Below are positions 37,957-51,471 of a stretch of DNA of 64,000 nt, one piece after another (position 1 is the first letter of the stretch; every line of letters begins with the position of its first letter). The notes below the pieces were generated by a model. It saw only the letters and a list, made by a program, of their open reading frames with translations, did no database searches and had not been told where the DNA came from. This DNA comes from Octopus vulgaris (taxonomy: Eukaryota): NCBI GenBank assembly GCA_951406725.2, contig OX597842.1, positions 27,590,001 to 27,654,000 on the forward strand, given 5' to 3'. Position numbers and translations under genes: made by a program.

Positions 37957-39105
37957 GCCCAGGAAAAACCACTACAGATTTTCCTCCAGAGTTTTCTTGC
38001 GAATGGCAAGCTGCCAAGCAAACTTTAGAAGGGAATAATATGCCCAATCCATGAAGGAGGAAGCAGAGCAGGTGCCATAACTTATAGGCCTATGTCTCTG
38101 ACTTCACACACAAGCAAAGTCATTCCTGGAAGAAAGTGACTTGCTGAGTGATAGCATGGTTTTCGACCAAGTAGGAGTTGCCTGACACAGCTCCTATAGC
38201 ACAATGACTGGGTGCTGAAACAGTTACTTAACAACTCAAATGTGGACGTAATATACTTTGCAAAAGCTTTTGATAAAGTTAATCATGATATGATATGCCA
38301 CAAACTATGTGATCTTGGCAAAGGTGGAAAACTTGGAGAATGATTACATGACTTTCTGAAAGACAGAAGTCAGGCAGTTGTAGCCAGTGGTACCACCTCA
38401 ATGGTACCACAAATAGTGAGTGGTGTTCCACAGGGAACTGTCTTAGGGTCACTGATTTTCATAGTGGCCCTCTCAGATATGCTCTCCGCTGCCCTGATAC
38501 CCTTGCTAGCTACGGAGACGACACGAAATTTTTGCAGAAAATGCAAAACCGTAGTGATGTTGCATGCCTGCAGCAGTAGCTGGATGCAATTTACAGATGG
38601 TCTGAGGACAATAATATGCAGTTTAATGCTGGAAAATTTCAAGCCCTGCACTACCAGCACCCAAATTTGAACGGAAAACATACAGGGTATACTGGCCTAG
38701 TGGGGAATTACAATCACGTGTGTGATCTGGGTATCGACATGAGTGATGATACCTCTTTCCAAGTGCACTTTAACAAGATGACGACAAAGTGCAGATGGCT
38801 GGATGGATGGATCCTGAGAACCTTCAGAGCCAGGGACAAAGAAACCATGATGGTCCGCTGGAGGACATTTATCCTCAGCTGCCTGGACTACTGCTCCTAA
38901 CAACGGTCACCCCACAGTGTAAAATTAACAGTGGACCTTGAAGCAATCCAGCGAAGCTACTAAAAGAATATCATCTCATTGCAACAGCTCAACTACTGGG
39001 GAAGGCTGAAACAGGTAAGACTTTACTCCCTAGAGTGAAGGTGGGGAAGATATGCAGTGATATACATCTGGAAGATCCTGGAAGGGATTGTACCAAATTT
39101 TGGCT
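37957..39105 (+). mobile_element. CR1-clade LINE RT fragment
   Basis: NYRPMSLTS, AKAFDKVNH, SGVPQGTVLG, MQFNAGKF, DLGI; frameshifts and stops. Confidence 0.85.
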
Positions 39106-39146
39106 TATATATGACAAGATTTAAGACGAGAAAATTTTTTCTTTAC

Positions 39147-39258
39147 CTTGAATCAGAAGTTTTCAGTTGGATAAGTTTGAGTTTTAAGATTTTCAGCTGA
39201 GTAAGTTTGTTCGGAGTTTTAAAATTTGAGTTCTCTCGCTGAGTTCTCTCGCTGGTAT
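39147..39258 (-). other. Putative non-coding exon 1 of the ANK-RING-DD gene
   Basis: Strong donor CAAG|GTAAAG at 39147/39146; Inr-like TCA at ~39258, about 30 nt downstream of TATATAAA. Confidence 0.55.
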
Positions 39259-39360
39259 GAATAAAATGATATTAGATTCATCAGTTTATATAATTGTAGT
39301 AAAAGGAAGTAAGTCGTCTCAGCCAATAAGGCTATTCATTGTGTTTTTCGCGGAATTTTT
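39258..39360 (-). promoter_or_regulatory. Putative core promoter (TATA box, CCAAT box, ETS-like and kB-like motifs)
   Basis: TATATAAA on the minus strand at 39285-39292; CCAAT at 39323-39327; AGGAAGT at 39304-39310; CGGAATTTTT at 39351-39360. Confidence 0.5.
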
Positions 39361-39624
39361 TTATCTATATATTCTATCTTCCTTTTATTACGTTCACTCA
39401 ATTTCATGCTACTCTAACTGACCTGAATTTCTGTGACCTTGGATGTTGTTTACAACTTATCCTCTCACAGTCTAATTCAATTCATTTAGTACACACACAC
39501 ACACACACACCTATGTATGGAGATTATATGAAGCCCACTTAAACTTTGACAACTTGTTAAAATTTTTATCATTGGTTTTATTGGGCAACACCTATATGGA
39601 AACATGATCATACACACACACACA

Positions 39625-39687
<63 letters not shown>

Positions 39688-40129
39688 ATTGTAAACATGT
39701 GTGGCCTAGTGATTACATTATGGCATTCCCGATCTTGTGTTCATGATTTCGAATCCCAGAGGGTGGTGCTTAGAAGTCCTCAGATGAATACCTCATTTCA
39801 CATTGTTCCCGTCAACTGAGCTGTAAATAAATAACCCTGTGATCGACTGGTGCCCTGTTTCAGGAGAATATCATGATCTGTGTCGCTTATACACCTTAGT
39901 CCTCAGAATAACGTGAAGAATTGCAGTGTGACCAGCAGGGCACAGCAATGGATGATCATCTGGACACTACAGTGATTTATATATATATATATATATATAT
40001 ATGTTTGTGACTGTATAAAATAGGTACAAGCGTGGCTGTGCAGTTAAGAGATTTCCTACTGCTATAGCAAAGGTTTCTGCATCAATTTTGTATGTTTTAC
40101 TGTTAGTGTTAGTACAGTATTCTTTCTCA

Positions 40130-40990
40130 GTTCTATTTAACCATGATGCATTGAGGTTGAAATCCCTCTTTTCATTCCAAATTTTTCACCAGAATGATTG
40201 TAGAGTTTCTCGGGAGGGAACTTTCTTAATGGTAATGTTTTCCTTCCTTGTCTCTCTCTATAATGCTTGTGGGTTGGAAGCAAACTCACGATTGATATTG
40301 GCTTGTTCAAAAATTTGCATGTGATAGCAAAGTTTCTCGCTTGTCGTCCTGAGTTCATGTTTTAAAGATTTTTGAGAAGCCTAATTTCTGAAGATTGGTA
40401 TTTAGGCAGTATGTTCCATATCCACAGGGCCCCAATAACTACAGGTATAAGCCTGAACTTGTAATCTGGATAGATTAACTGCAGATTTCTCAATAGTTCA
40501 ATGTAGGTATTCTCTTTTTCACTCATCTTCAGATTTATGTTAACATCTGTTGGGCAGCTAATTTCCACAACTCTACACAGTTTCTCTCCTCTATCCCAAA
40601 TCATTATATCAGGTCTTTTGTGCTTACATTTTACTGAGGTCTTCACTGGGACATTCCACCAGTGGCTATGGTTTCTACTGTACTATGGGTTCTTATTTCT
40701 TTGTCCGCAGGGTTATCCTTGACAGATTTCATTATAGAGTGTCCTTGCTACAACATCATGTCTCATTGGTAGAGAACCGTGATGACATTTTTGGACAATG
40801 ACGTGTGATGTGGCTGATATCGTCAGTGTTAATTCCACAAAGTAGGTGTCGGTTGCCATATTTTACTGCTTCTCCTGCATCTCTACCCCTTTTGCGCATC
40901 AGATTGATATTTCCTGTTCCTGGATTGCAAACACATACCCTTGAAAGTGGGAGGTAGTTACCTGGCTATTGGTCCATGATAGACTGCTTT
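40130..40990 (-). mobile_element. RLE-type (R4/NeSL-like) non-LTR retrotransposon C-terminus
   Basis: CCHC knuckle remnant, RHDVVA, RPDI...VEISCP...K..Y restriction-like endonuclease motif. Confidence 0.75.
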
Positions 40991-41065
40991 GATGATCAAT
41001 GTTACTATCATCTCTGAGCTTTTTACTAACATACTATGTACATATGTGTGTACTATGTATATATG

Positions 41066-41112
<47 letters not shown>

Positions 41113-41141
41113 TTATGTGTGTGTGTGTGTATATATATATG

Positions 41142-41204
<63 letters not shown>

Positions 41205-41679
41205 CACACACACATATATCGGGTCATCCCATAAATAATGGAGTTTTTTTATGCTTCTTTTATTTTCCAAAATTACGATAAGCAAAGTTGTATTTTAATC
41301 TAAAATATACCCTCCTTCATTTTCTACAATGCTCTTCCGTCTATCTAATCCAAGGGGAATTTCACTGTAAGACTACCTTTCTCTTTATAAATGTCCCAAA
41401 AATATCACACTGCCTTGGCTTTGTTGTCTCACTTTATTCAACATATACATACTCACACACGACCCGCGTTGGACCCCCTCGCTCATACTATTATTGAACC
41501 GGGAGTCTAACAGTGGTCCTCCTGTAGCACCTACATAGCCTTACCTGCCATTTAGGTCTTCTGGATACCAAGACCTCTCAAATTGTGTGTGTATATATGA
41601 ATGTATGCATGTATATAGAGATAGATTACACTGGTGGATTTGTGGAACGGGTAAATTGCTGCTCAAGGTGATGGGTAAG

Positions 41680-42250
41680 TTATTTTTTATTAAAAATAAC
41701 TAATTGGTGAACCTTTTAACTCCACCTCGTGGATACAATCTGGATGACCATATATTATTTTGTCCATGGCCACATTGGTGCCTCCGAGTTATCCATTTGG
41801 TACTTGTGAGACAGCTGGAAGCATCTGAGCAGATATGCAAGGCTTTTGCACCCTCTCTTCTAATGGCCCTTGCATTCATTTAAAAGACCTTTCCTTGCTT
41901 TAAGATGTGGAGCATTTTTAAGAAGGCTTCCAGATGTCTGAAGAACTCTGACTACCCCACCTACTCTGAAGTATAAAGGAACGGTCCCTTGAACGAATGG
42001 CTTACACCACTGGTCATGTCCAGCACTACCAACGTATCTACTATGTCCTGGTTGATGGTATGAGATCCAGTCCTCTCTGAATTAACACAATTACTCCACG
42101 ACCCATTACCAGAAGTCTTGGAGATGTATAAACCTGTAGCCACTCAAGATGGTCACGAATGCTGGTCTGCCTGATAGCCACAACCTCCAGTACTCTGGAG
42201 TAGGTGTTCCAACTTCCAAGGTAGCCATGTGCCTTCACACTGTCTATTCT
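41680..42250 (-). mobile_element. Possible decayed L1/Tx1 APE endonuclease remnant
   Basis: LEVVAIRQT and SEFFRHLEAFL resemble APE-domain motifs; weak. Confidence 0.3.
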
Positions 42251-42377
42251 GAATATGATCATAATTGATAAGAGAGGATGAGGGTGAAAAGAAAAACCCT
42301 GTTTCTGTGGAGAAACAAGTATTCTGTCCCTCTGGTGATTTGTGGTTGTATCTACAATTATTTCTTTATAGAAACTT

Positions 42378-43565
42378 TCATTACACCCGCTCAGGTAGGT
42401 GGCCCTGCTCGATTTGTAGAAAAGGTGTAGGTAGAAACTCCATAAGATGTACCCAGTGTAAACTATCGACACATAAGAGGTGCAGCAACATCAAAGGAAG
42501 GTTGACCATAAAGATAGCTTTCATGTGAGGCAGATGCACGGGGGCAATAGACAGCACAGATACTCAGAAAACAGATTCCATCACACTCCAGGGCAAGAAA
42601 CTAGAAGTAGTAGATAGCTTCCACTACCTAGGTGTGCAAGTTAGTAGTGGGGGTGGATGCTCAGAGAGCATCACCACTAGAATAAGAATAGCCTGGGCAA
42701 AGTTTAGAAAGCTCCTACCCCTACTGGCGACAAAGGGTCTCTCGCTCAGAGTGAAAGGTAGATTGTACGATGCATGTGTGCGAATTGCCATGCTTCACAG
42801 CAGTGAAACATGGGCTGTGATTGTGGAGGACGTGTAGGCTTGAAAGAAATGAAGCTAGCATGATCCGCTGGATGTGTAATGTCAGTGTGCATGCACGACA
42901 GAGTGTAAGCGTCCTGAGAGAAATGTTGGAGATAAGAAGCATCGGATATGGCGTACAGGAGAGACATTTGTATTGGTGTGGTCATGTACTATGGATGGAT
43001 AAGGAAAGATGTGTGAAGAAGTGCCACTCCCAAACTGGGGTAGAGGTAGACCCAGGAAGACATGGTATGAAGTGGTCAAGCATGACCTTCGAATGTTGGG
43101 CCTCACACAGGCAATGACAAAAGACCGAGACCTCTGGAGATATGCTGTGACTGCGAAGACCTGACAAATAAAGTGAATTCATGGCTTGCAGGACGGCCTG
43201 CTGTGCTTACCTTGGATCGTAGGGTGACCTGCAGTGCTCGAGGAGACCAACTGAGTCAAGTACATCAACATCAAAATAAAAATCAAATGGAAATTGTAGT
43301 TCTGATACCCATGCCAGTGGCACGTAAAAAGCACCAACCGATCGTGGACGTTGCCACCCTCCTCTGGCACCTGTGCCGGTGGAACGTAAATTCACCACAA
43401 AACTCATGGAGTGGTTGGCGTTAGGAAGAGCATCCAGCTGTAGAAACACTGCCAGATCAGACAGTTTCACAGGGGTCTGGGAAGCTGATCCTGGCTTCCC
43501 AGACCCCGGTTGATCCGTCTAACCAATGCTAGCATGGAAAACGGACGATACACGATGATGATGAT
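42378..43565 (+). mobile_element. RTE LINE 3' portion including the PHD-type finger
   Basis: WPCSICRKGVG..IRCTQCK..HKRC...; (GAT)n tail. Confidence 0.9.
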
Positions 43566-43577
43566 ATATACATAAGC

Positions 43578-45878
43578 ATATACATGTGCATGCAGTATGT
43601 GCATGTAACAATCATAGACTAATGCACATATATATGCATATAAAGTATTTGTGCATAAAGCATGCTAATTAATTAGTGAAAGAAAGTAAGGCAGTGCCCA
43701 TAGCCTACACAAGGCCTCAAAACCTGAGAAAGAGAATTAGATGAGATAAACAGGAACAGTATATTATTGCTACTTAATATTTTCAACCAGTGGTGGGATA
43801 GTGTGAAAAGTTAACCCAAAGAGTATGTCATGGGTGGAGTGTCTTTGATTCTACGTTTGAAGGACCTGGGCTGAATTGTGACTAAACAGCTACAACTACT
43901 CCAAAACTGACCTTTCCTTGCAAAAAGGACCACCACTATCACCATGACCCCAACCACCATCACTTCTGCAACCTATACCATCACCACCACCACCACCACC
44001 ACCACCTGCATCATCAACACTACTACAACCACAACAACAACCAACCTACACATTTCTGCTCAGACCAACTCTGTGATTTATTTAAATGCCTTGTGTTGGG
44101 CCCTTAATGGGATCAGTGCAGTTCCCAGGTAAGGTAGCTATATCTAGTAGATTATCTAATGACCCTGAAAGAATTTGACTTCAGCTGGATTTGATCTCAG
44201 AACATAGAGAACCGCAACAATTATTGCAAAGCTGTCAATTGGCTATCGTGAAGACCCGATAGAAAAAGCAGCTAAACCTCACTCAGCTCACGCCTTACTC
44301 TTATAAGAAAGAAAGGCTATTGTAGATAATGTAATTTCAACATTACTCATAGACAAAAGACAGGATGGTCACGGCTAGAACGTCTTTAAGCAAATGATTT
44401 CTGGATTAGAAATGATCTGGAAGCTGGACAACAACATCTAAAATTAGAACTCATTAGAATTAAATGTTCAGTAGAGATAGCACAAGAGGTAGACGTGGCC
44501 GCATTTCCCGCGACACATATCGAACCCGTGCTCTATGGTGTCAGCTTGATGCAGTCATATGGATATCAGGGACAATATATGTGTGGCTGCAATTCAGCCA
44601 TTTGATCAGATAACTGGAAGAGAGGGCAACAACAATAACAATGCCAACAATATCAAATACACACACACACACACAAAACCACCACCACCACCAGCAACAA
44701 GATAATCATCGTTAATTTTAGAGAGGATCACTTTTCTAATATTATCGAGAATAATGAACAGACCTGGCGTAATTTCATATCGTCAACCAATACTGCCACA
44801 CCTGAGATGTTAGTCACGTTGTGATTGAGAAATCGGTCAACATAAATATTACTTTACACACTCTGCTATCATATTTTGTTATGCAACATTCAATTTCTAT
44901 CCTGTTTCTTTATTTTGAGTTCGTTTCAAATATTTTAAGAATTTTTATCCTGATTTCAAATGTCGGACAGAACACTGAATCGGAAAACTGATACGTCTAA
45001 AACTGGTGGTGCATATGTATGTGTGTATATATGTGTATGTATGTGTGTTTGCATGCATGTATGAATCTGCATGTATGTGCAGATGTATTTATGCATGCAT
45101 GTATATATGTATGTGTGTGTGTATGTTTGTATGTATGTGTGTAGGTATGTGTTTGTAAGCATGCAAATATATATGTATGTATGTATGCATGCATGCATGG
45201 ATGCATGCATATATGGATGCATGCATGCATGTATGGATGCATGCATGTATGGATGCATGCATGAATGTATGCATGCATGGATGCATGCCTGCATTATGTA
45301 TGCATGCATTATTTATGTATGTGCATATGTATGTATGCATGTATGTATGTATGCATGCATGTATGTGTGTATACATGTATGTATGTATGCATGCATGTAT
45401 ATATGTATGTATGTCTGTATGTATGCATGTATGTATGTCTATGTGTATGTGTTTGTAAGTATGCAAATATATATGTATGTATATATTTACGTATGTCTGT
45501 CTGTATGTCAGGTCACTTACAAGGCTCTCATAAGTGCTGCTGGTAACATGGAATCCAGTACAACCAGTTGCATGGTTGGGTTGTCAGGACTAAACTGGCA
45601 ACCCCACCTGGATATCCAGATGAGGAGCAACAAAATTAAAAACAAGACCTGTTGAAAGGTTGGATGAACGGCTGTCTAGCAATAGCAGCTGAAAAGGTTG
45701 GAATTAATTCCAGTTTTAATAAAATGTTGTAGTGCGAAACAATTGTACCAAATTACCGGACTCATTCTTTGTACTTACTTTTGATTATAATCACCCCACA
45801 AATTTTTATGGATAACACCTTACAAAATTCTGGTGCATCTAAATTAAATACCATATTCATTTGAATCTATATTGTTGC

Positions 45879-45882
<4 letters not shown>
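43578..45882 (+). repeat. Local segmental duplication, copy A (copy B 58843-63058)
   Basis: Collinear, highly similar unique sequence and (CATG)/(TATG) tracts. Confidence 0.92.
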
Positions 45883-45940
<58 letters not shown>

Positions 45941-46908
45941 GTGTGTATATATGTATATATATATATATATGTGTGTATATATATACATATATATATACAT
46001 ACATATATATATGTATGTATATATACATATATATATATACACATATATGTGTGTATATATGTATATATGTATATATATATGTATATATATATATACACAT
46101 ATATATATATATACATATATACACACATACATGTATATATACATCTCTATATATAAAACTGAAATGCGTTTTTACCGCTTGGATCGCTTTCAATGCCACT
46201 ACGACCCGTCCGATTCGCTCCAAAATTTACAGGGACATGTAGAATGAGGTGACGATGCTCGTGGGCTACCTAAGAAACCCTATCTTAAAAGGTGTGGTTG
46301 CTAGGGGCCATCTTCCTCACTCACCCTATTTCCTCCTTTCCCTCTCTTACTCCCCTTCATTCATAACGTTGACAATGTCCACTCCCGTTATTTAATGTAT
46401 TCCCCTCAACTCCCTTTCACTCTGGCTTTATAAGGTCGTCAGACGGCTTTCTTTGATGTATCTGTCGGCATTCATAGGGAGAATTATCATCGCTACAAAA
46501 AACACACAATCATGAGAACAAATATTATGAATCAGATATTCATTGCGTTCATTTATATATGTGTGTGTGTGTGTGTGTCGATATATAAATATGTATATAT
46601 AATGTATATATACAAAGTGTATATATCTGTATTTATGTATATTAAACTTTTTAATACTTTTTGATAGTTATATTTATTTTTAAACAAATTATAAATATAA
46701 TTTAATAATCTTTATTTTAAATTTAAATAATTTATTTAAATTTAAATAATTTAAATTTTATATATTTTCTATATTATATTTTTCTTTTTATGTTTTTGTT
46801 TTTGTTTCTTTTTGCCTATTAGTGGTTTTATCACTAATTTAATTTATACATATATATATATAATTTGTATATATAATGTGTGCACACACACACACACATA
46901 TATATATA

Positions 46909-47510
46909 TCATCATCATCGTTTAACGTCCCTTTTCCGCGCTAGCACGGGTTGGACGGTTTGACCGGGGTCTGGGAAGCCAAGGGCTGCACCAGGCTCCA
47001 GTCTGATCTGGCAGTGTTTCTACGGCTGGATGCCCTTCCTAACGCCAACCACTCCGCGAGTGTAGTGGGTGCTTTTTACATGCCACCTGCACAGATTCCA
47101 GGGGGGAGGCTGGCATCGGCCACGATCGGTTGGTGCTTTTAACGTGCCACCGGCACGGAAGCCAGCCAAGGCGGCGCTGGCATCGGTCACGTTCGGATGG
47201 TGCTTTTTATGTCCCACCGGCACAGAAGCCAGTCGAGGCGGCGCTGGCATCGGCCACGTTCGGATGGTGCTTTTTATGTGCCACCGGCACAGGTATCACA
47301 ACTACTATTTCCATTGATATTTATTTCGATGTTCATGTTCATGTACTTGACTCCACAGGTCTCCTCAAGCACAGCGGGGTGTTCTGGAATCCAAGGTACT
47401 TTGAATGGGCAGGGGCTATGCGGAACTGGTGCAGGAAGCACCCGGGTCTTTGCAGTCACAGCATATCTCTAGAGATCTCGGTCCTTCGCCATTGCCTCAG
47501 TGAGGCCCCA
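46909..47510 (-). mobile_element. RTE LINE 3' end
   Basis: Matches 59357-59825; another piece at 49384-49685. Confidence 0.85.
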
Positions 47511-47559
47511 GTGCATTATGTGGTCGGTCGGTTCAGCTGAAAATATGCACACCTATGAA

Positions 47560-48620
47560 CCCTTTCGTTACTATATTTCTGACCAAAATACATCCCTTAT
47601 GTGTTTCAATTAATTTCTAACATAATCATAAATTTAGTCTGGTTTCATTAAACAACTATAACTTTTTCATTTATCAATATCTTAATCTGATTTTTGGAAG
47701 ATAATTTAATGAAATGTTCTCAACCAATTCTATACTATAATTTTTGTCACAAAGTGACACTAATTGCAGGTAGATACAGGTAAATTCAACAATATATAAA
47801 ATTATTAAAATTTTGTTCAAACATCGCTATAGAAAATGGGTTATTAGCTAATATTCAATTGGGTATACAACAAAATGTTACGATAGATTTTCTTATTCTG
47901 GGTAACTTTCTGATACCCATAATAATATTTATGGCAAAATAGTCTTAATTTCATTTAACTATCCTTTCTTTCGCTTTGTTTACATTTAGCGTAACGGTTT
48001 GTTTCCGCCGTAATGATTTCAAATAGGCTCATTCGAAAAAGTAAAAAGAAATAGTCTAAGGCTTTACTCTCCTGGGAAAGTCTGTGGCTTGGTCCAGTTT
48101 CTTCAGAAAAATCACCGAAAGGAACAGTTTTTCAATTTTCACTCCATTCAGGTGCCAATTCATTTTCTTTATCGCTGTCGGAGCTCTCGGATTCACTGTT
48201 TTCACTTTCGGAAAATGAAACATCAGATTCATTATCAAATACCACGTGCTTTTCTTTTTTCAGTCATAGAGTTAGATTTATCAATGTCTTCAGTAGAAAA
48301 TCCTTCGAATTCTGACTCGCTGCTTGATATGATGAAATTCGTATCCATTTTTTGTCAGAATTACAAATTTTGAAAACACAATAGGAACAAATTTCGGAAA
48401 AAAATCTCCCAAAAATTCACGGAATTAAAATTACACTTCGATCGTTGTACAAAAGTGTATATGAACTGTTTACGAAGTATAATCACGTGTTTTCACGAAT
48501 GTACTAAAGAGATTTGCTCTGATATTCTCATTTAAATATGAATAGGTAAATACGGGCGGGTTTGGTCACATTAACCAAAATTTTTTTCGGGCGGCTTTGG
48601 CCGGTTTGGTAACGAAAGGG
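47560..48620 (-). mobile_element. Internally deleted piggyBac element
   Basis: TIRs CCCTTTCGTTAC/GTAACGAAAGGG flanked by TGAA/TTAA; minus-strand acidic N-terminus and LDYFFLLF...IITAETNRYA transposase remnant (~47975-48348). Confidence 0.85.
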
Positions 48621-50283
48621 TTAAAAGTGCTGGCAAGTTTGCATGACAACTATTTATTTCCTCAAATGAAAGGCGTGACCTCTAGGACAAAATTCCTCAT
48701 CTTATAAAATGTGGCCCCAGTAGACTCGAATGAAATCGGGTTATATTAACCAAAAGGTGAAAAGGGGTATAAATGGAGCTGGAAGGGGATTAAAATTTAA
48801 AGGAGCGAGTGTTTAGGAATTCTCTGTTACATCAAGCTAAAAAATTTGCGCCAGCCTTTTAATCTTCAATGTGTTGCCGTCCATGATGAAGAGGTTTTGA
48901 ATGCTTACCATGGTGAGTCTACTGTCGTGAGAAAGAATCACTTCAAAACTTGGTGTTTACGAATTTTCTTTTACATCAAGTTCAAAATTTTACGGCAGCG
49001 GTTAAACTGTCAATACGTTGCGGTCCGTCGTTAAGAAATGCCAGTCATGGTGACTCTACTATCCTCACATTCTATCCCTTCAAACTTTGCTTTCCAATAT
49101 TTTATTATTTTTATTCAGCTCGCAAGTTCGTCTGTCCCTTTTCAATGTTAGCGTTTTGCTGTCTGCCTTGAAGCAGACTTTTCCGTTGTTACTGCCTGAT
49201 ATTTATGATTGATCTTTCTAAATATTTTATTTCTCAACTTACTCAAGATCTTTTGTTGTTTATAAATGGGAGATAGATAGATAAAGATAGAGAATAAGAG
49301 AAAGCGAGGGAGAGTCCGACAGAAAAGAAAAGTAAGAGAGTGGGAAAGTGAGAGAGAAAGGAGAGAGAAACAAAGAGGGAGAATCATCATCGTTTAACGT
49401 CTGTTTCCGTGCTAGCACGGGTTGGACAGTTTGACCGGGGTCTGGGAAGCCAGGAGACTGCACCAGGCTCCAGTCTGATCTGGCAGTGTTTCTACAGGTG
49501 GATGATCTTCCTAACGCCAACCACTCTGTGAGTGTAGTGGGTGCTTTTTTCGTGCCGCCGGCACAGGTGCCAGGAGGGCTCGCAGCGGCAGCGATCAGTT
49601 GGTGCTTTTTACGTGCCACTGGCACAGAAGCCAGTCAAGGCGGCACTGCAATCGGCCACGTTCGGATGGTGCTTTTTACGTGCTGAAAGGAAGCAACAGA
49701 AAGTAACAACCACACTCTTACCCGCGCGTAGAGCGGGTCACCTTCAGCTAGTCTCTATATATAAAACTGAATTGCGTTTTTACCGCTTCGATCGCTTTCA
49801 ATGCCACTACATCCCGTCCGATTCGCTCCAAAATTTACAGGGACATGTAGAATGAGGTGACGATGCACGTGGGCTACCTTAGAAATCACTATCTTAAAAG
49901 GTGTGGTTGCTAGGGGCCATCTTCCTCACTCACCCTATTTCCTCCAGTACTCTCTCACTCCTCTTCATATGACAATGCCACTACGGTTATTTAATGTAAA
50001 GTCTTCCTCAAATCACTCTCTCGCTGTTTCCTCTCTTCCAAGAACATTTTCACTCACTCTTATCTCTTAGCTTCCCATACATTTTACTCATGTATCTATC
50101 AGCGTTCATAGACAGAAACAAATATTACATCGCCATCGCCATCGCCATCGCATTCTATTGTCTACCTGTCAACACACACACACACATATATCTAATATTA
50201 TATTTTTATTTTTATGTTTTTGTTTTTTTTACTGTTTCATTTCCCTATTAGTGGTTTGATCTCTAATTTAATTTCTACAGCGT

Positions 50284-50330
<47 letters not shown>

Positions 50331-51390
50331 TATGTGGCCCCAGTACACCTGAATGAAATCGGGTTCTCTTCATCAAAATGTGAAAAGGGGTCTACAATTA
50401 TCATTGCCACAACTTATGTATGTCTTCCTCACTCACTCTTTTTCCTAATGATAATTATCATCGCCACCACCACCACCACCAACACGCAATCATGACAATC
50501 TTTCTCTTAAAACAAATCATGTTTACATTGCAAAATATTTCATTTTCCCGTCCTCTCTTTCATATATCACCTTTTCTTTCTCCAGCTCTCTCTTTTTTCG
50601 CCGTCTCTATTTATTCTACAACGAGTCTATCTATGACAGCCGCAAAAGTTTCAATATTCCTACTTCACCTCTTTCAGAAACGCAACAGATATTATTCTTT
50701 TTGCCGGGGTTAAAGCCCACTACATCCCATCGGATTCACTCCAAAATTTACACCTTCTCTTTCTACCTCTAACTCCCATTCAATTTCTCTTTATCTCCAT
50801 TCTTAAAGATAATTATCATCGCCACCAACACACAATCTGGACAATCTTTCTCTTAAAACAAATCGTGTTTACATTGCAACGACGTCTGCCACCTCTGCCG
50901 TCTCTATTTATTCTGCAACGAGTCTATCAATGACAGCCGCAAAAGTTTCAATATTCCTACTTCACCTCTTTCAGAAACGTAACAGATATTATTTATTTTT
51001 GCGGGGTTAAAGGCCACTACATCCCGTCGGATTGACTCCAAAATTTACACCTTTTCTTTCTCCATCTCTCTCTTTTTTCACCTTCAATACTTTTTCTCTA
51101 TATATATAACCATGTTAACCACCTCCACCGTCTCCCTTTCTCTGCAAAAGTTTCAATATTCCCACTTCAGCTCTTTCAGAAAGGTAACAGATATTATTTA
51201 TTCTTGCGTGGATAAATACAATTTATTTCTATGCTCAAGCTGGCTGTCGTTAACAACAATTTTTCTGTAAGTTTTACAAATTTTCCACTTTTGATATATT
51301 TACATCTTAATTATTTTATTCGTTTTCTCATTCTAAACAGAATCAACTTTAGCATAACAAATATTTCATTTTCCAGATTTTCTTTTCAAT

Positions 51391-51471
51391 ATGCCTAGGC
51401 GTAAGCGCTCCAACTTATCAAACCACCGAGATAGAGTCAGGAAATCGAAAAGGAGGGAGGCACATGCTCGG
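51391..51471 (+). CDS. Helitron RepHel exon 1 (MPRRKRSNLSNHRDRVRKSKRREAHAR)
   Basis: Basic NLS-like start; CGG|GTAATG donor, phase 0, joins in frame to TTCAG|CGT at 52466. Confidence 0.65.

Larger units (their letters stand above)
3483..39258 (-). pseudogene. Multi-exon ankyrin-repeat / RING (C3HC4) / death-domain gene (~578 aa reconstructed); frameshifted in this copy (pseudogene or assembly error)
   Basis: Eleven coding exons with canonical AG/GT boundaries and compatible phases (sum 1737 nt), plus an upstream non-coding exon. ANK TPLH/TALH motifs, RING Cys/His pattern and death-domain LGxxWxxLG...LxxW motif. Indels at ~17643 (+1) and 15084-15088 (-1). Confidence 0.85.
46144..49751 (+). 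mobile_element. Non-autonomous Helitron copy with nested insertions
   Basis: A|TCTCTATATATAAAACTG 5' end; 3' hairpin ACCCGC..GCGGGT (49720-49738) and CTAG (49748-49751). Confidence 0.75.
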
